Positions 39,141-53,229 of a stretch of DNA of 64,000 bases are shown here, piece after piece. The notes beneath the pieces are model-generated. The model was not told the DNA's origin. It ran no database searches and was given only the letters and a program-made list of their open reading frames with translations. The translations under genes and the position numbers were made by a program. Source of the stretch: Octopus vulgaris (Eukaryota); assembly GCA_951406725.2 (NCBI GenBank), contig OX597815.1, forward strand, positions 201,438,001 through 201,502,000, given 5' to 3'. How positions within the stretch are numbered: the first letter of the stretch is position 1; the number at the start of each line of letters is the position of its first letter.

Positions 39141-39640
39141 TATATATCGAAAAAGAGAATTTTGGAGGGTGAGAGAGAACGTTATATATGTGTGTGTGTC
39201 AAAAGAAATACATACGTACTCACCACACAACACACAGACGCAAATGCAAACTTAAACATTCATAAGTACTCCCCTGTACTTACGCAAACACCAACATACA
39301 TATATAGGCACCAGGTTATTAGGGGCTTTTATATATCACAAATTTACGAAGCAGTGTGAAACAACGTCAGAGAAGTCATGGAATACTCATTTATTATCAT
39401 TAATAGAATGATGAAATGATCACATTCAGGGCCATGTAGTCATTTACACACAAGGAGGTAAAATTCAGTTAAAGATATATTTTTGTAAATGTTCCTCAGA
39501 TTACCATGCTGCTCCTAAAAAATAACGCATATATATATATATATATCAGAAGAAATGAGGTAATCAGAAGATCGGATGGTTTGTATTTACAGATATTTAT
39601 TTATATATTACATTTTTTACATATATATCATATCACTTAG

Positions 39641-39677
39641 TTCATTAGCGCTTTCTCCCATTCTAGTGGGGTTTTCA

Positions 39678-39680
<3 letters not shown>
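39641..39680 (-). ncRNA. Truncated hammerhead motif, U3-A8 core variant
   Basis: Minus strand TTGAAAA-c ccca ctagaa tggg a-GAAA-gcgc-TA-atgaa. The 5' strand of stem I is replaced by a (TA)n tract. Confidence 0.45.
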
Positions 39681-39713
<33 letters not shown>

Positions 39714-41679
39714 GTGAAATAGAAAGATGAATAGTCTTGTAGTAGATTAATCAAAAGTTTAACCGATACCTTAGTAGCAAAAATCACAGCAGTAAAACAG
39801 CACGGTTGGAGGTACAGCCATATGGTGTTGCAACCGTGCGTTGGTGCGGATAATTGAAATTAGAACATTATTGGTGAATTGAAGAAATGGAGCTGAACGC
39901 AGATTGAACAGAAATCGTTTTATTTCATTCTACACGTGTTTCGAAAGGCACAAATTACCAAAATCCGATGGAATAATGGGACCATATTGTGTCTTTCTCT
40001 TCAGGAAGAAAATAGGAAATCCGTTGGAAAAACAAAAACAGAACAGAGGCGGAGCAAAAACAAATCGAACTATGCTCCTAAGAGCCCATGGCGAAACTGT
40101 ATATATATATATATATATATATAACATGCGTACATGCATGCACAAAGACATGCATACTCATGCATGTGTGTATGTTGTGCATCTGTGGGTATTGCAGTTA
40201 GACGCATGTAGAAGAGATGTGAAAATGTCGTTATTTCTTTACCTTCTGTTTACTTTAGACACCCATTTATTGTTTGCATTCTAAAACGTTACATATTTCT
40301 AATATTTTTTTAATCGGAAGTTGTCTATCGTCGCCGGCAAAAAAACATCTATACGTCTCAAATTTTAAGTAACTCATTTCTGTCTTACGTTTACCTATTT
40401 CTTCATTGTTCAAGTTCCCTTAGTATTACTTAGTATTATATTTGTTGGACATTTTGCCATCATTTGTCATGACATCTTAACCTAACTTTTTAGCTTAGTT
40501 TTGTTCGTAGTATTTGAACAATTAATCTTTTTTTTTTTACTCCTTTCTTTTCAAAACTGTCTTTTAGATATATAATCTGTTGTTTTATATTTCTAAGATT
40601 TCTTATAGACAAAAACAAAAAAGTATTTCATTTTTCTTCACCATCATCTATTTATATTACTATTTCGGTATTTTCTTCCTAAAAACTTTATCTCCCGCAG
40701 AATATACATTATAGTATTTTTTTTTACAGGAGGCCCCCTACTTTGTTTTATTCGTGATAAATATATTTCCGTGACAGATTTTAATTAGGTTATCCTGATT
40801 TTGTTTTACACTTTTTCCTGTCTAGTCTTGCTAATTCGATTCTTGTCATGTGAAAATATTTTACCTACAACCTCATGTGGAATCTCCAGTATTTATCCCT
40901 AATCTAGAAAACCTAGTACTGTTTTAAGCATTAATACAATGTTATAAAGTAGTAGAGAGAAGTTCAATCAATTTTTCACCCATGTTTTAGATAACATAGC
41001 TTTCAGCATAAAAAAATATAAGCATAGGCATCATTATTTTCAGAGTTCAAAAACAACTAAGTAACTTTTGAAACAGAATATTGAGACGCTGCTTATAAGA
41101 TCTGTTTGAATACGAGATTAATACACTTGAAAAAACATTTTTTTATATTATATACCTTACACAACGAAGTTGAAATATAAATCGACAAACCCCTTTACGT
41201 TAGTTTATAGTTCTATTGAGCTTGTAAGAACTTAATTCGTAGTAAGCTGAAATGTTCACATAAATGGTGATAAACAAACGCACCATATATCACTCTGTAA
41301 AAAGGAAACTGTATAAGGTGGCGGAATTCACAAATGTCTATATACATAGCTCTGGTTACATATCTTTACATATATATATATAGAAATATATATTCACATA
41401 TGACTATCGTCCATCTTCCTTTTCCTCACGTGACGATTTTTCTTTTCCCACACTGTCGTTCAAAATAACGGACGTTTTTTCTCTCTTTTCTATGTTTTCT
41501 CTCTCCAAATACATTTCTCACAGCGTTCAATATTTCCCTCTCATTCTCGTCTAATGAACCTCCATGCTTGTTTTCGTTCGGTTTCCTAGTATGTCTCTAC
41601 TGTCATGCATGTTTTCCCAAATTTGATCCTCTATACATCCTAAATTTTATTTTAGAATGTCTTTGAAGTCTCCTATTGT

Positions 41680-41960
41680 CGTTGAGGAAAAACCCAGAAA
41701 TTCAAAAGATAGTGCTCATGGGAACTGCCCATGTAAATACTATCTATGTAATATCAAATTTTAAAATAAACTCAACATTTTCTCAACATGTTTGTCTAAA
41801 ATATTCTCTGGGATACCGTGGGCAAAACTCAATATATGGCACCCTGGGTATAACATCAACATGAACTTCTAACTTGTCTCTTGAGGTCTCTTGGTGAGAC
41901 TTTGAATGAGTCAACTTGTACAAATACAAAGCAAAAGACCAGGAGGTATCATGGCGATGA
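41680..41960 (+). mobile_element. Dong-type LINE 3' relic
   Basis: EIQKIVLMGTAH matches the C-terminal motif of the other Dong copies. Confidence 0.5.
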
Positions 41961-42299
41961 CTCAGCAAGTGTGACCTAAAAAGGAATAATGAATGCCAAA
42001 TTATCGCTGCCAGGGTCAGGAATAGTATACAAACTCATTGAAAAGGAATATATACCACACTGAATTCGACAGAATACATATCTTCCTTCCCCACATTCAG
42101 TTCCTCTTTCAAGGATAACTTGAAAAACTTCAGATATTAGTCAACCATTTCACTTACATATATGTATGATTCGTCAGCCCTTTAATTACATACAACTCAC
42201 AATCTTGCAAAAGGGAAGAGAAAAAGATTCCAGCACTTAGCAGGGAGAGTAATCTTATAGAGCGATCATAGCAAGTTCGAGGACAAGCTATAGCAAATA

Positions 42300-43190
42300 T
42301 TCAATATAATTCTACGTATCATCAATGATCAGGGGTTAGATGACAGCGTAGAGAAAGGCCTTCTCTTTCAGTATGCACCTCGATAACGCCAGCAGACGGT
42401 AAATACATTAATGTAGAGTTTATCACCGACAAAGCCGAGCCGACGGGAACACTGCTTGTCTATGTATTTCTGAAAGTTGTCCGTTAGCCTTGGATTGCAA
42501 AACTTACTGAGAAGTACTGGCTTCGTTCGGTACCAGTCAAATTGTTCGAAATCTAGGAGGAATTTTCCACGACTCTTCATCCTACCTCTCGTAAACCTAA
42601 AGCCACATATTTTAAGTGTGCATGTATGGCGTTTTAATTACCAATAACACTAAATACCCAGCCCTTCTTTTGAAGAACACTAAGATTCTTGAAGAAATCT
42701 GGCTGTCTGCCCCACTGTCGGAGCGAATTCGTTTATTATGCTGAAGGTATAGCCCACGCTATTAAGGCGGCGAGCTGGCAGAAACGTTAGCGCGCCGGGC
42801 GAAATGCTTAGCGGTATTTCGTCTGCGTTACGTTGTGAGTTCAAATTCCGCAGCGGTCGACTTTGCCTTTCATCCTTTCGGGGTCGATGAATTAAGTACC
42901 AGTTACGCACTGAAGTCGATGTAATCGAATTAATACCTATGTCTGTCCTTGTTTGTCCCCTGTGTGTTTAGCCCCTTGTGGGTAATAAAGAAATAGGTAT
43001 AGCCCACGCTGTCGTCATCTCCAGTGCCACCAATATACCTTGATATTTCAGGAAACTGATGCATATAGTAAGATACAAATCCATCCCAAACAAATCAACC
43101 TCTTCGCCACTCACTGCCGACAAACATGGAATTTTCCCACTTGGAGACGTCGAAATTGAGCAGTAAACATATGACTGGAAAGCTCCGGTC
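42300..43190 (-). mobile_element. Decayed L1/Tx1-type AP-endonuclease region interrupted by a SINE
   Basis: FSIINEFAPT (cf. INVYAP), LVLLVI/GN*NAI (cf. GDWN), KYIDK, GAY*K (cf. GYWK); continuity is restored by removing the SINE and one target-site duplication (TSD) copy. Confidence 0.4.
42764..42994 (+). mobile_element. SINE family B, full length with 16-bp TSD
   Basis: Head ggcggcgagctggcagaa..gagttcaaattcc (B box); core gtcgactttgcctttcatcctttcggggtcgat; TSD aggtatagcccacgct at 42745-42760 and 42995-43010. Confidence 0.9.
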
Positions 43191-43215
43191 TCTTTGACTA
43201 CAGTTTACGTACATT

Positions 43216-43432
43216 TTACTCTTTACTCTTTTACTCTTTTACTTGTTTCAGTAATTTGACTGCGGCCATGCTGGGGCACCGCCTTTAATAGAGCAACTCG
43301 AACCCGGGACTTATTCTTTTGTAAGCCCAGTACTTATTCTATCAGTCTCTTTTGCCAAATCGCTTGGTGACGGGGACGTAAACACACCAGCATCGGTTGT
43401 CAAGCAATGCTAGGGGGACAAACACAAACACA

Positions 43433-43530
<98 letters not shown>

Positions 43531-43694
43531 CGACAAGTTTCTTTCAGTTTCCGTCTACCAAATCCACTCACAAGGCATTGGTCGGCCCGGGGCTATAGCA
43601 GAAGACACTTGCCCAAGTTGTCACGCAGTGGGACTGAACTCGGAACCATGTGGTTGGTTAGCAAGCTATTTACCACACAGCCAGTCCTGCGCCT
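43216..43694 (-). mobile_element. SINE family A, full length
   Basis: Highly similar to 32938-33382; tail of (aaagagta)n on the minus strand. Confidence 0.85.
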
Positions 43695-43840
43695 ATTTAA
43701 CTCGCTATTTTTAGTAAAGGGAAATGTGGAAGTACATTATTCCAGTTAGTTACTGGATTCAACATTAGTAAGTTCATGTATTAACGCGTTGCCTGTTTAA
43801 CCCTCGAACATATCTCAAGATGATTATTTCCAGAATAAAG

Positions 43841-44130
43841 CCTTATGAGTGGATAGGTTAGACGGAAACTGAAAGAAGCCCGTCGTATATATGTATATAT
43901 GTGTATGTGCGTGTATGTTTGTGTGTCTGTGTTTGTCCCCCTAGCATTGCTTGACAACCGATGCTGGTGTGTTTATATCCCCGTCACTTAGCGGTTCGGC
44001 AAAAGAGACCGATAGAATAAGTACTGGGCTTACAAAGGAATAAATCCTTGGGTCGAGTTGCTCGATTAAAGACGGTGCTCCAGCATGGCCGCAGTCAAAA
44101 TGACTGAAACAAGTAAGAAGAGAAAAAGAG
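43841..44130 (+). mobile_element. SINE family A, 5'-truncated
   Basis: Reverse complement of 43236-43577 apart from microsatellite length. Confidence 0.85.
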
Positions 44131-44769
44131 TTTGTGTTACATTTTAAGTTTTGTATGTGTAATGAAAGATTATCTGTAGGTATAACGGAGTAGTTTTGTA
44201 TAATATGTGACTGATGAATTCTTGTTATGGTTAAATAGTTTCCGATGTTTTCGTTGCAGTGCGTGTTGATAACTTGGGTGTAGATTGGGCTTTCTTAATT
44301 GTAGCGTTTCCAGTGATTTTTTTCTTTTGCAATGGTGGTTTTTGTGGTGTGGTAGAATGGGTGTCAGTATTCTACTTTCTTGAATGCGCTTCAATCCCAG
44401 CTCTCTAGCTTATTGTGATATGATGTTTGTGGTGACGATTCACTTTTTTCAATTCTTTCGTTGCAGAAAATTTACGAGAAATGGAGTCTGAATATGAAAG
44501 TGATTTTTCTACATGTAATAATGAGATGTAGTTAAAGGTTCATTTGTAAACTTTGGTGATGTAATTTCTGCTACTGAAATTGTGTATGTCTTGTGAGTTC
44601 TATTGATATTTTCATTGCGGTTGCTGCTGTTGGTTTTTGTATTGCACTCTTAGTTGTTGTTGTGTTGATTTTGTGCCTGTTGCCTATATTACTCCTATGG
44701 TTCTTGTGACTTCTGTTGTTGCGATCCTTGCTAGGATGTTTGTATTTTGTTAGTCTTCAGATGAAGTCG

Positions 44770-44934
44770 GTTACATCAACCCCAGTGCGTAACTGGTACT
44801 TACTTTATCGACCTCGAAAGGATGAAAGGCAAAAATCGACCTCGACGGAATTTGAACTCAGAACGTAACGGCAGACGAAATACCGCGCTAAGCATTTTGC
44901 CGGGCATACCAACGCTTCTGCCAGCTCGCCGCCT
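44770..44934 (-). mobile_element. SINE family B, tail-truncated
   Basis: Reverse complement aligns with 42764-42930. Confidence 0.85.
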
Positions 44935-45184
44935 AGTAACACTTTTAATTGTTACTAGTTGAACAAACAAATAATAGTTATCCTCCTAGATTGAAACAAT
45001 AGACTAAGAAGCTGCCATCAAGCTTCTGGCTGTGTATTCTCTACCGCATTCATTCCAGCATTTGTAGTATTCCTTGGAATGCATCTGGAACATTATTTTG
45101 TATACCCGTTTAGATTGTGTTAATGCTAGTATAAATCATCGTTGCGTCAGTATCGTCGTCATCTTCATCGACAGCCAAGTTGTC

Positions 45185-45190
45185 ATCATT

Positions 45191-45245
<55 letters not shown>

Positions 45246-45272
45246 CCACCACCGTCATCATCATCATCATCG

Positions 45273-45305
<33 letters not shown>

Positions 45306-45362
45306 CCATCATCATCATCACCACCATCATCAAGGTCACATCATCATCACCATCAACATCGA

Positions 45363-45403
<41 letters not shown>

Positions 45404-45476
45404 ACATCATCATCGTCATCATCATCACCACCACCATCATCACCACCATCATCACCATCATCATCATCATCATCAT

Positions 45477-45508
<32 letters not shown>

Positions 45509-45536
45509 TCATCGCTACCATCATCATCATCGTCGC

Positions 45537-45597
<61 letters not shown>

Positions 45598-45632
45598 GCC
45601 ATCATCACCATCATCATCATCAACATCATCAA
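45185..45632. repeat. About 450-bp (CAT)n microsatellite
   Basis: CAT units with CAC/CGT variants; explains the poly-H/D/M/S/I ORFs. Confidence 0.95.
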
Positions 45633-47275
45633 CTTTATCATTATCGCGAAATTCCTCATCTTTAACATTACTCTTCATTCTTAAATGCATGTAACCTGAT
45701 AACGATGCACTCCTAATATCTAGGTAACATTTTGTGTCATTGTAGTAAGATAATGATAGTGTTACACGCATGTTTGTGATTCTGAATGCTGCTTCTATTT
45801 GTGTTCAACTTAGTTTTCATTTAGAAATTAGATACATTTTATGTTACAGTAATTTGTAATTTGTGCTGTTTGAATGGAAAATATTTAAGGGAGATTGAGA
45901 ATGATGTGTCAAGTAGATGCGGCTACCGTTTGCGTTGTATCTTAAGACCTGTGCCACCTGTTGAAGTTATTCCGTTATTGTTAATCGTATGTTTCATCAT
46001 ACGCTCTGCCTCAAGTATGATGAGTGCGTATTTGCAATAATTTATCGTTGTACATTCTGGGATGGAAATATTTAATATTGACTATTCAATCGCATGAAAC
46101 TTCTGCTTCAACCGTTGATAATATCGTATTAATAGGAAAATGTATCATTGCCATTATTCATAAATCCTTCTCTGCTATCTACGCCTCCTTTCCCATCCTT
46201 ATTATCATTATCAAACTTAAGAGAAGAGGGGACGCCTGCAATTAACGGCAATAGTAAAAACAAGACTTTATCTCCACCTCAAACACATCATTCTAATTAT
46301 AGATATAATCATCTCTATCATTTCTATTATTTTTTTATATTTTGAATAACAGAAATTTACATAAAACCAGTTGCATCGAAATTGCTTATATTTTTTCTAG
46401 TTGATAATATAATGAATTATGAAAATACTATTTCTAGCTGAAAAGTTACTTTGTACATTTTAAACATTTGCATTTCCGTTTCCTAAATAATTGTTAAGGA
46501 ATTTTATGTATCATAAGAATTCCACAAAATTGCACTTCAAATTGTTTTTTTATTACCGTGTAAACAAGAGCAGGGGGTAGAGACCAGTTAAACTTAAGGA
46601 CGCCACGGAAAAATATTATTGAAACATTAAACATTTAATTCACAAAAGTATTGAATCAGAGAGAATATTTCTCATAAGTTTTCTTTATAAACGAGCTAGG
46701 TTCTCCACGTTAGTAACGTATATGTGTATACATAAGTAAAAATTATTTCTGATATATATGCATATTTCCATTTTTGAGAGAAAAACTGACAACCAAATAA
46801 AATATTAACTTTGGAAGGAAATAAACACAGCATTAACCATAATTTTAAGATTTTCTGTGTTAGTTTAAAGGCTGATGTAAAATGTAACGAATTCCATAGA
46901 GAAATATCATATATCAATTGGTAAATATACATGTAATTTGAGGTTAACGCAAATATTAATTTCATCCATCCATTTTCAAAAGCCAACTCCAATGAAACAA
47001 TTTTAAAATATATCAACATTCTGGGAATAAGTTTCAATATCATAGTTTTAATATCAGTGTGTATGTGTGTAATTGTGTATGCTGATGGCCCGTTTGTGCA
47101 CATGTAAATATGTATGCAAATACGGTGTGTATACACATATATATATATATATATTTATAGGTGTATATATATGTATTATTTCTATATATATATATCATAC
47201 ATACATATATATATATATGTATATAGATATAGATGAAAATAAACAGATAAATATATATGTGTATCTATCTATCTA

Positions 47276-47319
<44 letters not shown>

Positions 47320-47475
47320 CATGTATATCTGTGTGTGCATATATATTTAAATATTTAAATAGATGCTTATATGTACATACATATACGTGCATCTGTATAA
47401 AATATGAATATAAACACATATACATATATATAGATAGATTGATATGTCTGTATGCACGTATATATAGGTAGATAT

Positions 47476-47556
<81 letters not shown>

Positions 47557-48411
47557 CACACACCAATATATATATATATACACTTTCATGTTTATGTACA
47601 CGCACATATACACATATGTGTACGTTGGTATATGTGTGTTCGCCTAGAGAAGGGGAGGTTAAGATATGAAATTTCCTCCAACGTAATATCCAAAATATAT
47701 TATTGCACATTATCTCTTCAATATCAATACTTATGTGAGAAGGAGGGGATCAATGAATCGCATTTCGCATGCATTCGCAGATATAAAAGCCACGTTTGTT
47801 TATAAATAAACAAACATACAATTTTTTTTTCAGTTTAATGTATGAACGTAAATAGAAAATGACATTTCGTTTGTAATTATTGATCTTTTAAAGAATTTTG
47901 GTCCCAATTCCTGCATGAAACTGAAATAAGTTATATTTTTATATAATATTTGAAAGGGATGTTGCTGTGGGTTTTTCTTGCCTTTTCCTTTTGGATTTTT
48001 TCTTTAAATAAAAAAAATACCACATGCATTCAGAGGGGGCTAACGTATAAACGAAGATACGATCATGTGAATTGAATAATTTAATTTATAATATCCTATT
48101 CAATTCTGTATATATAGCTATCGATGAAGAAATAAAAGCAGACAAATGAAACATACACATTTTAAAAAATTGCATCGCTAAATTTGAAGCAAACCTATAC
48201 CCGATATTGCGAGAGAAATGTGATACATTGTATACACTTAATACGTGATACATCTATTTATTTATGATTCAACGTTCAGATATTTTCTATATTTCTAAAT
48301 AAAAATTTGGGCTTTGTAGAGACATATAAATAACTACACACAACAAAGATACATACATGAATAGATAACATACACACTCTCACCCACACACACTTTCATA
48401 CATAGAGAATA

Positions 48412-48646
48412 TATATTTCTTTACCACCCACAAGGGGCTAAACACAGAGAGGACAAACAAGGACAGACAAACGGATCAAGTCGATTATATCGACCGCAGT
48501 GCGTAACTAGTACTTATTTAATTGACCCCGAAAGGATGAAAGGCAAAGTCGACCTCGGCGAAATTTGAACTAAAAACGCAACGGCAGGCGAAATACGGCT
48601 ACGCCTTTTGCCCGGCGTGTTAACGTTTCTGCCAGCTCGCCGCCCT
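48412..48646 (-). mobile_element. SINE family B, full length
   Basis: Reverse complement aligns with 42764-42994. Confidence 0.85.
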
Positions 48647-49642
48647 CTTTTATACACAGAGAATATATACACATGAATGGATACGTACATGCAAACACGA
48701 ATATGTATAGTGTTTGTAAGGGAAATAGTAAGAAACAAAGATTGATAAATGCGCAGAGCACTATGATAAAGTGAAAACTGTAGTAAGTATCGAGTTATAT
48801 TTAATTTGAGTATTGTAAAGATATATTTGCTGGGTAATATTTGTCCATTTCATTGATTTTAACGACGAATAAGCCCACATTTTGAGCAAAAATATTCGTG
48901 GGAGTCCATCATGCATATGTGGGATATTTATAATATCCCACATATCTCATGCATCCGCTTGCAAGATGGTATGGTGAATTTTAGGGAAATTTAACACAAA
49001 TTATAACAGATTGAATAACACAAAATACATGTAAAGACCTGATTTCAGAGGAGAATGATACGTTTAGCATTTGGTTCTATAGTGCAAGATCATATTTTGT
49101 GAGATTTAACCATTTAAACAAAAAAAAATGAATGATGAAATATTTATTAGGTGGTTATGCTTTGTTGTAGACTTTGACTGGGTCACAGAATGCAATTACA
49201 TTGCGCATACATGACACAACACAGGCAAGCAAAACTGCTTGCGAATACCGAGTAAGGTTATATCAGTAATCGTGCTCGTATTTCATTCAAATATTTACCA
49301 TTTATCATATTGTCCATTCTGTTGTGATATGAGAGGACTTCGATTCCTCTTAATAAGACACTTTTCGTCTTTAAATATTCCGGAATAACATTTTTTCCAG
49401 CTCGCCTCTATCTCACCATCTTACGTGTATTTATTCACCTTTCAGACAGTTTTAATGCCCGAATGATCAAGTGGAGCATAGACCTGGCATTTAAGCATAA
49501 AAGTATCACATTATTGCGTGAAACTAGGTTTTACGTCATGTCTATGCGGCTGAACATTATAAACATTATATCATATATATATATATATAATGTGTCTGTC
49601 TTTGTATCCTCTGCATGTGTTTATGTATGTATGTATGTGTGT

Positions 49643-49697
<55 letters not shown>

Positions 49698-49701
49698 TAC
49701 A

Positions 49702-49761
<60 letters not shown>

Positions 49762-50772
49762 TGTATTTCTCTCTCTCCCCCTCTGCAGGCATATGCACAC
49801 ACGAATTCACGCACACCCGCACACACATACTCACATAAATCTATATTTAAATAAAAAATATGTGTATGCCTATGTGTTGGTTATGCAGGTGTTATTGTGA
49901 TTTTCTTTATTGTGTTATATAAACATGTATGTATTAAATAAATATCAAGAATCATATTCAGCTGAATGTTATTTATCTTTCTTTAATTATAAATCTCTTA
50001 ATCAACGCGAGTACATTACATTGCAATCCCTGTCGATATATAAGCGCAATAAAATAGAAGGATTTTTGGCTGCTATACACAGATAAACGTACCTTTGTTT
50101 CTTCCTTCACTTCAATTCATTTCTCCGTATAAAATCTCTTACGATAGAGTGTAAGATATATGCCATGCAAAACGGAATGGATTCACGCACATACAAACAT
50201 AAATTCACCATATTATAAACTGCCCTTCTCAACTCATAAAAAGCGGCTCCAAAGGCAGAGAAGTAGACCTAACTACAGAGAGCAATTGTGCTGTCACACA
50301 CCTCCTCACTGTAACTATATAGATATAAAGATTCCACGTTCTCTGACTGTTTGATTAAATCATAACGTCAATTTTTCAAAAGTTCTATATACAGATTAGG
50401 GACTTCAGTGAACCGTAATTTCCTGTTGTGTAATCGCTCACACTGACTCGGGCGTGCTTTCTAACACATTGCCCGCGATCAAGATCTATGAGCATAAAGA
50501 ACTACTCTCAGCAAAGTGAGAATGCACTATGGCAATAATGCCATCCTGCAGTCCATGAAACACATCACTACATGTCGAAGTCTATATGAATCTCCTTATC
50601 TTGACGAGCAAAATGTGTATCGATAAAGAAGGTTTCCATGTTTCATTTCATATTTCGCAAAAAACATATTCTTATATCAATATATATATACCTGTATGCA
50701 TACAAACACAAACACAGACATACACTCACATACACATACACACACACATGCATGCAGAGATAGAGATAAATA

Positions 50773-50804
<32 letters not shown>

Positions 50805-52558
50805 ATGCATGTATACTTATTCATGTGCTTTTTGACAATGTATCATAATAGCATTAAATGCTTTCTATTATGATTTTCTATTTTATATTGTATTAATTCA
50901 TCATCTGTCATTTACAATTGTCTTCTAATTTTATTAAACTCAGCATGAGTATAAAAAGATATAGAAAAAAGTAGTTTCCCTAATAAAATAACTACATAAT
51001 GCGCGATATATATCACAAGTATCAGTAAATGATGCTCCATTTATTCATATTTCGAGGTGTATTATTTACAAGCACGCGCATGTACACAGTAGTACAGAAA
51101 ATTAAAGAACGGACATAAACACTTTTTGTAAGACAATTCAGGTATGTTGCTACCTAAATTTAATCGGCTTCTATATTCATATATTATTATTTCCTTCTTT
51201 TCAATGACTCAGAAATATTGTAGAACAGTACAGAAAAATATTTCATAGACACCGAAAATTGCATGTAGAATCAGACTTTGCATATATATATTTCTCACGC
51301 ATAGTTAGATAAGTAACGGTGTAAATAAGTAAAATATAGTCTGCATTATATACCATCATTTACACAGAAAGCAGTGAAACAAAACAGTAACAATGCCGCG
51401 GTAAAATATCAAATGTGTATGTTAGTAATCAGTAGGTCACGACTTGTTACAAAGGGAAACAAGATGAAAGAGTATTTGTAACGATATAAGTATTTGTAAG
51501 ACACGCCGGCAACTCTCCAAAATTGACGAAAGATTCAAAGTAAACTACTTTCATTAAGTATCAAACGAAATGTTACAGCACACAGAACACAGACTTTACA
51601 CGAACAAATGTTCAAAGGCACTTGGCTGATTATTTATATTTAAGAAAATTACTTCTAGTGCTGTATACCTTTATAAGCGTATAGTCTTATCCGACCCATG
51701 ACGTATCCTAATTTCTCATCGATATATTTTGACCCATTTCCATATTTTCTAAATATATATTTATCATTATAATCAAAATAATTCAACAACGAATAAATTT
51801 GGCTGAAATGAATTCGTATTTATCATTATAATCAAGGATAAATTCTGTATCAGATTTTATCTAGTAGCTGGCATGTAAAAAAACACTTATGTAAAAATTA
51901 ATATAAAGTATTTAATTTTATAAATATAATCATAACATTATAACAAGGGTAACTACTGAGTATTTCCACATGCTAGAAGAAGACGTCAAATGCCTCAAAA
52001 CTACAGGCTGAAAATGAGGAAATGAAGAAAATAATTAAAAGTTTTCTGGTATAGGGATGTTTACTATACTCAGTATGACATAACCGAAAGTACATAATTA
52101 TAAACACCTATACACACCATACGAGAACACCGTATCCACAGTGCAAATGCAAATGTTCTACTTATATACAAGATACATATAGTTCGTTTGAACAAGCCAA
52201 AATAATTCACCAGAGATAAAATTTTGTTTAAGTGAATTCATATTTATCATTATAATCAAAGGTAAAATCTATATACGTAGCAATTTTTCTTCTCCTCCCT
52301 CTCCTTGCTATTTCTTCTTATTCTTCCGCATTTCTCCAGTCAAACTTCAAATTGTTGCTCCATACGCCTCGCAAACCGTGACGTTTAAGCTGTATGTGGA
52401 TTGGTCAAAACCATGTCTCCAAACTTCAGATTTCTGGAGCCTTCTACGAACTACAAAAAGGAAGGCGTCTGTCATTTTACATGTGTCACGAATCTAAAAC
52501 GTCACTAAAATATATTGTGAAATCTGATGATTACAACGCATGAAGGCGCTATTTGAAC

Positions 52559-52590
<32 letters not shown>

Positions 52591-52593
<3 letters not shown>

Positions 52594-52870
52594 GGGGTTC
52601 ACAAAAAAAAAACAAAAGACGAAGACAGTTGGTGTAGACAAACAAATGTATTACTTTAACGCTCGGGAAGTGAAAAAGTCTCTGGCAATTCGAGCCTACG
52701 TTCTTCCGCAGACAGGAACACAGAAAGGAACAAAGAGAGAAAATAAAGATTGTGTAATGGCTAGCGATCTATAATGGCGAATGCCGGACAGAGGGGTCAC
52801 ACAGAGAGGTAGGAAGAAAGGGAGATAATAAAGTAATGGAAATCCCAAAACGAAGGTGCGCGTGCGTGTG
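52591..52870 (-). repeat. Dispersed repeat, second copy of the 3611-3795 family
   Basis: Shares tgtagacaa..acaaatgtattact..aacgctcgggaagt..cgagcctac..ggaacacagaaag..ggctagcgatctat; abuts (TA)n at the equivalent position. Confidence 0.55.
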
Positions 52871-53051
52871 TTAAAGAGACTATGTATGACCGTGTGGAAG
52901 AGGGCTGGTGACCTTCACTTGTGCATATTGTAAATCTAAAAAATGGATTTACAAATTCAATATCCATACATATCTTGCATCTATTTTCTTCCCTCCCCTC
53001 ACACTCTATTTTGTATCACATCTTAACTAACTATGACTTTCATCTCACACC

Positions 53052-53103
53052 GTCTCCGATGAAGGGATATAATTCATAAATATCCTAGAAACAGCTGTAA
53101 GAC
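53052..53103 (+). ncRNA. Minimal type I hammerhead motif, CCGAUGA core variant
   Basis: gtct-CCGATGA-a gggatat aattcataa atatcct a-GAAA-cagctg-TA-agac. Stem I gtct/agac, 7-bp stem II, palindromic ACAGCTGT stem III, GUA triplet. Confidence 0.6.
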
Positions 53104-53167
53104 CTTCTAACTCTAAATGCTCTAATATGTACACAGCCATGGCTTTTTTTATCTTATTACTAAAAAA

Positions 53168-53229
<62 letters not shown>

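Noticed and set aside
44150-44750. Possible GIY-YIG relic on the minus strand (RKKSLETLQLRKPNL)
   Set aside because: Single weak motif in low-complexity sequence.
45074-45771. Long poly-His/Asp/Met/Ser ORFs
   Set aside because: Open frames arise from the (CAT)n microsatellite; no coding signal.
52518-52556. CTGATGA-ttacaacgcat-GAAG-gcgc-TA hammerhead-like string
   Set aside because: Stem II does not pair, the GAAA box is altered and the stem I register is off; cannot be distinguished from chance.
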